The position numbers and the translations under genes are program-made. This document shows positions 7,209 to 11,238 of a DNA stretch of 11,238 nucleotides, in pieces. The notes beneath the pieces are model-generated. The model saw nothing but the letters and a program-made list of their open reading frames with translations. It was not told the origin of the DNA and searched no databases. The stretch is from Candidatus Sigynarchaeum calidifontis (lineage in GTDB: Archaea; Asgardarchaeota; Lokiarchaeia; Sigyniarchaeales; Sigyniarchaeaceae): the NCBI GenBank assembly GCA_030587475.2, contig JAUQYZ020000051.1:1-11238 (forward strand). Reading direction: 5' to 3'. The number at the start of each line of letters is the position of its first letter. The stretch's first letter is position 1.

Positions 7209-7216
7209 CTTAAATA
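7209..7216 (+). promoter_or_regulatory. Candidate TATA box for rpoH-rpoB
   Basis: CTTAAATA about 70 nt upstream of the rpoH ATG in the intergenic region. Confidence 0.3.
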
Positions 7217-7283
7217 TTCGAGCCACACTTTCGAACTCCAAACCCGCTTTTTTACCTAGTCAGCAAATTGACCAGGGATCGAG

Positions 7284-7553
7284 ATGGCCAAGAAAGTCAA
7301 GCGAAAGTTCAAGAAGATTGACATCACCCGGCACGAGCTTGTCCCTAAGCACATCATCATGAGCAAGGAAGAGGTGGCGGAGCTTCTCGCTAAATTCAAG
7401 ATCAATCTCGTGAAACTCCCACGTATCTCCATTGACGACCCAGTGATCCAGATGTTAGGTGGAAAAATCAATGACGTGGTACGCATCATCCGAAAGAGTG
7501 AAACAAGTGTTGACTCGTCTGAATATTACCGCTTTGTCGTAAAAATGGCGTGA
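7284..7553 (+). CDS. rpoH: DNA-directed RNA polymerase subunit Rpo5 (H)
   Basis: HELVPKH, LPRI..DDPV, DVVRIIRKSET and YYRFV motifs; located immediately upstream of rpoB. Confidence 0.97.
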   Translation: MAKKVKRKFKKIDITRHELVPKHIIMSKEEVAELLAKFKINLVKLPRISIDDPVIQMLGGKINDVVRIIRKSETSVDSSEYYRFVVKMA

Positions 7554-7562
7554 TATTATCAT

Positions 7563-7567
7563 GGTGA
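7563..7567 (+). promoter_or_regulatory. Shine-Dalgarno GGTGA for rpoB
   Basis: GGTGA ends 4 nt before ATG 7572. Confidence 0.6.
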
Positions 7568-7571
7568 TTAC

Positions 7572-10500
7572 ATGGCATCCACCAAGACCGTAGCATTCGA
7601 AAAAAATGATATCTGGGATCTTCTCAAAGCATTTTTCGATGAAAAAGGACTTGTTCGACAACATTTGGACTCTTACAACGATTTTATCGAACATCAGCTC
7701 CAGGAGATCGTGGACGAGGTTGGCGAGGTTCTCCCAGACATACCTGGCTTTCAGATAAAATTCGGCAAGATAAAGATAGAGAAACCCCAGATACGTGAAG
7801 CGGATGGCGCTCTCAAGGAGATCACGCCATTCCACGCCCGCGTCCGTGATCTCACCTATGCCGCAGATATCAAGCTGGAGATGATCGCCATTAACATCGA
7901 CGAGCGCACGCAATCCCCTCAAGAGGATGAACCCGAGGAAATATTCATCGGCAAGCTTCCCATCATGCTCAAGTCGAATAAATGCCCCATGGCGACCATG
8001 AACGATAACGCTCTCATTAGCATCGGCGAAGATCCGCTAGACGTGGGTGGATATTTCATAATAAATGGCACCGAGCGCGTGCTCGTCACCCAAGAAGATC
8101 TCGCCCCGAACACGATTTTAATAGACGAGGCGAGCTCTAGTAGCAGTTCCACACATATAGCTAAGGTGTTTTCCACAACAAAGGGCTTCCGTGCTCCGGT
8201 TACGATAGAACGCCGAAAAGATGGCACGCTTAGGGTATCGTTTCCATCGGTTCCTGGTAAGATACCATTTGCCGTGCTCATGCGCGCGCTGGGGCTTGCT
8301 ACCGACCGGGAGATAATCAATGCAGTCTCCGATCATGAGGAAGTTATCCGAGCAATGCTGCCTGTCGTGGAGGTTGCAGCGTCGCTCAACATCACGAAGG
8401 ATAGCAAGGATCCACAGAAATCAAAAGAAAATGCCCTGGATTATATCGGCAAGCGCGTTGCTGTCGGCCAGACACGAAAGTTCCGGATCCAACGCGCAGA
8501 ACAAGTGCTCGATAAGTATCTTTTACCCCACATCGGAGACGCACCGGAGGACCGGGTCAAGAAAGCTTATTATCTCGGCCAGATGGCACAGAAGATCCTC
8601 GAGCTTGCTCTTAATATGCGCAAGCCCGACGACAAGGATCATTACGCTAATAAAAGACTCAAGCTCGCTGGTGACTTGTTTGCAAGCCTTTTTCGCGTGG
8701 CATTCAACAACTTGTGTCGCGATATCAAATACCAGCTGGAACGGACGGCGGTACGAGGCCGAAAACCGAGCATCAAGACGGCAGTCAGAGCCGACGTAAT
8801 TACGGAACGTATCCGCCACGCACTTGCAACCGGGAATTGGGTTGGAGGAAAGGCGGGTGTAAGCCAATTACTCGATCGCAACAATTATATCTCCTCGCTT
8901 TCCCACTTGCGGCGCATCGTCTCGCCGTTAAGCCGGAGCCAGCCCCACTTCGAGGCACGGGACTTGCATCCAACTCAGTGGGGGAAGATCTGCCCGGCTG
9001 AAACCCCCGAAGGGCCAAATTGCGGCCTGGTAAAGAACTTCGGCCTTATCGCCTATGTTTCCATCGGCACGGACGAGAAGAAACTCGAAATCCAACTCCA
9101 GGATTTCGAACTTGTCCCGATCCAAAAAGTTCGCGATGAAAAGCTCAAGGGTACAAATATATTTCTCAACGGGCGGCTTATCGGCATCCATAAAGATCCT
9201 CTCAAGTTCGTGAGCAACGTGCGAGAAGAGCGCCGGAAGGGCAATATCTCCCAAGAGGTAAATATCGGTTTCCGGAAGTATGCGAACGAGGTGCAGATTA
9301 ACTGCGATGCGGGTCGCTCGCGCCGTCCCTTATTCATCGTGGAGAACGGCGAGCTTCTCATAGATAATAACCAGATCAAGAAGATCAAGACGAAAGAATG
9401 GAACTGGTCAGACCTGATCGTTCCTAACGAGCAAGAGCACAAGAAAGGAAAAAAGGCATCGATCGAATATCTCGATGCCGAAGAAGAGGAGAACGCTTAC
9501 ATCGCCATCTACCCGGAGCAAATCACGGCGGAACATACACATTGTGAAATCACGCCGGCTGCGATCCTGGGCATTACGGCATCTCTTATCCCCTTCCCCG
9601 AGCATAACCAATCCCCACGAAATACCTACGAGGCAGGTATGGCAAAACAAGCTCTTGGCGTATTCTCTTCCAACTTCCACTTGCGCCTCGACACGCGCGG
9701 CCACACGCTGCACTATCCCCAGGTACCCCTCGTTGGTACCAAACCCATGGACATCATCGGCTTCGAGCGGAGGCCCGCCGGCCAGAACTTCGTCGTGGCG
9801 GTCTTATCGTACGCGGGGTATAACATCGAGGACGCCCTTATCATCAACAAGGCGTCAATCGAACGAGGCCTCGCGAGGAGTACATTCTTCAGGACCTATG
9901 ACTCGGAAGAGCGCAGGTACCCGGGTGGTCAAGAGGACAAGTTCGAGGTTCCCGATCAGACCGTCCGGGGTTACAAGCCCCAAGAATGCTACCGGCATTT
10001 GTCAGGCGATGGTCTTATCGAGCCCGAGAAAACGGTGGAGGGCGGTGACGTGCTTATCGGAAGAACGTCTCCACCCAGGTTTATCGAAGAGTACAAGGAG
10101 TTTGACGTGCAAACCACGAACCGTAGAGAGACGTCGGTCACGATGCGCCACGGCGAAAGGGGCATCGTTGACACGGTCATCCTCACGGAAACGAAGGACG
10201 GCAACCGTCTCGTTAAGATCAAGGTTCGCGACCAGCGTATCCCCGAACTCGGTGACAAGTTCGCTTCCCGTCACGGTCAAAAAGGAATCGTCGGATTGAT
10301 CATTCCACAAGAGGATATGCCTTTCACTGAAGAAGGTCTCGTGCCAGACTTGCTTATTAATCCTCATGCCATTCCCTCGCGAATGACGCTTGGCCAAATG
10401 CTCGAAACGATTGCAGGCAAAATCGCGGCTGTCACGGGCAAAACATTCGATTCGACTGCATTTTCGCTACGCGACCCCGAGGACATCCAGAATATGCTCA

Positions 10501-10988
10501 TAAAACACGGGTTCGAGTACAACGGGCGCGAAACAATGTACAACGGGATCACAGGGGAAAAGTACGAGGTCGGTATCTTCATGGGGTGCGTGTATTACCA
10601 AAAATTACATCACCTCGTCGCGGATAAAATGCACGCGAGAGCGCGCGGTCCAGTCCAGATCCTTACACGCCAGCCGACTGAGGGCAGGGCGAGGGAGGGC
10701 GGTCTCCGTTTCGGTGAGATGGAGCGGGACTGCTTGGTCGGCCACGGCGCATCTCTGCTCCTCAAGGAACGGTTGCTGGACGAGAGCGACAAGACCATAA
10801 TCACCGTTTGCGAGAAGTGCGGCCTACTCGCCAATTATGATAAAAAGCAAGACATGTACTTTTGCAATATCTGCGGTGATAAGACCATCATATCAAAGGT
10901 AGAATGTTCTTATGCATTCAAACTCTTGATCCAAGAGATGATGGCACTCGGCCTTGCACCCCGGCTGCGCCTGGACGAGAAAGCGTGA
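7572..10988 (+). CDS. rpoB: DNA-directed RNA polymerase subunit Rpo2 (B), unsplit
   Basis: 1138 aa with GGYFIINGTERV, DDKDHYANKRL, CPAETPEGPNCGLVKN, GDKFASRHGQKG, NPHAIPSRMT, RQPTEGRAREGGLRFGEMERD and a C-terminal CxxC...CxxC zinc finger. Confidence 0.99.
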   Translation: MASTKTVAFEKNDIWDLLKAFFDEKGLVRQHLDSYNDFIEHQLQEIVDEVGEVLPDIPGFQIKFGKIKIEKPQIREADGALKEITPFHARVRDLTYAADIKLEMIAINIDERTQSPQEDEPEEIFIGKLPIMLKSNKCPMATMNDNALISIGEDPLDVGGYFIINGTERVLVTQEDLAPNTILIDEASSSSSSTHIAKVFSTTKGFRAPVTIERRKDGTLRVSFPSVPGKIPFAVLMRALGLATDREIINAVSDHEEVIRAMLPVVEVAASLNITKDSKDPQKSKENALDYIGKRVAVGQTRKFRIQRAEQVLDKYLLPHIGDAPEDRVKKAYYLGQMAQKILELALNMRKPDDKDHYANKRLKLAGDLFASLFRVAFNNLCRDIKYQLERTAVRGRKPSIKTAVRADVITERIRHALATGNWVGGKAGVSQLLDRNNYISSLSHLRRIVSPLSRSQPHFEARDLHPTQWGKICPAETPEGPNCGLVKNFGLIAYVSIGTDEKKLEIQLQDFELVPIQKVRDEKLKGTNIFLNGRLIGIHKDPLKFVSNVREERRKGNISQEVNIGFRKYANEVQINCDAGRSRRPLFIVENGELLIDNNQIKKIKTKEWNWSDLIVPNEQEHKKGKKASIEYLDAEEEENAYIAIYPEQITAEHTHCEITPAAILGITASLIPFPEHNQSPRNTYEAGMAKQALGVFSSNFHLRLDTRGHTLHYPQVPLVGTKPMDIIGFERRPAGQNFVVAVLSYAGYNIEDALIINKASIERGLARSTFFRTYDSEERRYPGGQEDKFEVPDQTVRGYKPQECYRHLSGDGLIEPEKTVEGGDVLIGRTSPPRFIEEYKEFDVQTTNRRETSVTMRHGERGIVDTVILTETKDGNRLVKIKVRDQRIPELGDKFASRHGQKGIVGLIIPQEDMPFTEEGLVPDLLINPHAIPSRMTLGQMLETIAGKIAAVTGKTFDSTAFSLRDPEDIQNMLIKHGFEYNGRETMYNGITGEKYEVGIFMGCVYYQKLHHLVADKMHARARGPVQILTRQPTEGRAREGGLRFGEMERDCLVGHGASLLLKERLLDESDKTIITVCEKCGLLANYDKKQDMYFCNICGDKTIISKVECSYAFKLLIQEMMALGLAPRLRLDEKA

Positions 10989-10997
10989 AAATCTTGA

Positions 10998-11013
10998 TTT
11001 TTCATTGTTTTTT
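10998..11013 (+). terminator. Tandem oligo-T tracts (T5, T6) after rpoB; candidate intrinsic terminator
   Basis: TTTTTCATTGTTTTTT begins 10 nt after the rpoB stop codon. Confidence 0.55.
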
Positions 11014-11042
11014 CAATTCCATATCGTGCTAAGTCCCGCACT

Positions 11043-11056
11043 AGAAATTTTTTAAT
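11043..11056 (+). promoter_or_regulatory. Candidate BRE/TATA for tRNA-Lys
   Basis: AGAAA followed by TTTTTTAAT, about 50-65 nt upstream of the mature tRNA 5' end. Confidence 0.35.
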
Positions 11057-11121
11057 GTGTAGAACCATGATTCATCTCATAAACCACGAGCCATAGATGC
11101 AAACGCGGGCATGTAGCTCAG

Positions 11122-11153
11122 AACGGCAGAAGGTCTGCCTCTGCCGCGAGCAA
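11122..11153 (+). other. tRNA-Lys intron 1 (32 nt, position 15/16)
   Basis: Central helix GCTC(11116-19)/GAGC(11148-51), bulges AGA and AAC, inner stem CGGCAGA/TCTGCCG. Confidence 0.88.
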
Positions 11154-11177
11154 CCAGGCTAGAGTAGTGGGCTTTTA

Positions 11178-11208
11178 ACCTGGCCACCTTTCCGGTGGCG
11201 AGAACGTG
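11178..11208 (+). other. tRNA-Lys intron 2 (31 nt, most likely canonical 37/38)
   Basis: Removing it restores the loop CTTTTAA. Inner hairpin GCCACC/GGTGGC. The central helix CTTT/AACG has one mismatch, and a flanking ACC repeat makes the boundaries ambiguous by up to 3 nt. Confidence 0.8.
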
Positions 11209-11238
11209 ACCCATTGGCCGGGGGTTCAAATCCCCCCA

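Larger units (their letters stand above)
11107..11238 (+). tRNA. trnK: tRNA-Lys (anticodon TTT) with two introns (15/16 and 37/38); 3' acceptor strand cut by the window edge
   Basis: Spliced sequence: GGGCATG TA GCTC AG|CCAGGCT A GAGT A GTGGG CTTTTA|A CCCAT TGGCC GGGGG TTCAAAT CCCCC CA... All stems pair, and the final CA pairs with G7 and T6. Confidence 0.93.

Noticed and set aside
7572-10988. Intein or B'/B'' split in rpoB; overlapping ORFs such as 9475..10299
   Set aside because: The ORF is continuous, of normal length and has no intein motifs; the overlapping ORFs are off-frame shadows.
11183-11199. Hairpin in Lys intron 2 resembling a tRNA-Glu(UUC) anticodon arm (GCCAC-CTTTCCG-GTGGC)
   Set aside because: It folds equally well as a 6-bp stem with a 5-nt loop and is too short to separate from chance.
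1-11238. Integrated element bounded by the two tRNAs; CRISPR array; IS elements
   Set aside because: I saw no integrase or transposase, no duplicated tRNA 3' end and no regularly spaced repeats, and the interval contains core RNA polymerase genes.

Overview
Archaeal chromosomal window, probably from an Asgard/Lokiarchaeia-like lineage. This is inferred from the unsplit Rpo2, the intron-rich tRNAs and the gene mix, and cannot be proven here. Left to right it contains: a truncated DUF2122/COG4080-type gene (-, absent from the ORF track); tRNA-Val(TAC) (-) with a 37-nt bulge-helix-bulge (BHB) intron at non-canonical position 21/22 and C at position 55; a MoxR/AAA_5 ATPase with an acidic-then-basic tail; a 704-aa partner with a TraB/TIKI/YehM-like N-terminus and a possibly vWA-derived C-terminus; a TPR gene (-) interrupted by one in-frame TAG; a GT8-like glycosyltransferase; a hypothetical protein (-); a MoaD/SAMP ubiquitin-like gene overlapping a GDPD gene; rpoH-rpoB with no rpoA following; and tRNA-Lys(TTT) (+, cut by the window edge) with two introns, at 15/16 and 37/38. 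The main leads are possible amber read-through in the TPR gene, the MoxR two-gene module, the non-canonical tRNA introns and the broken RNA polymerase operon.
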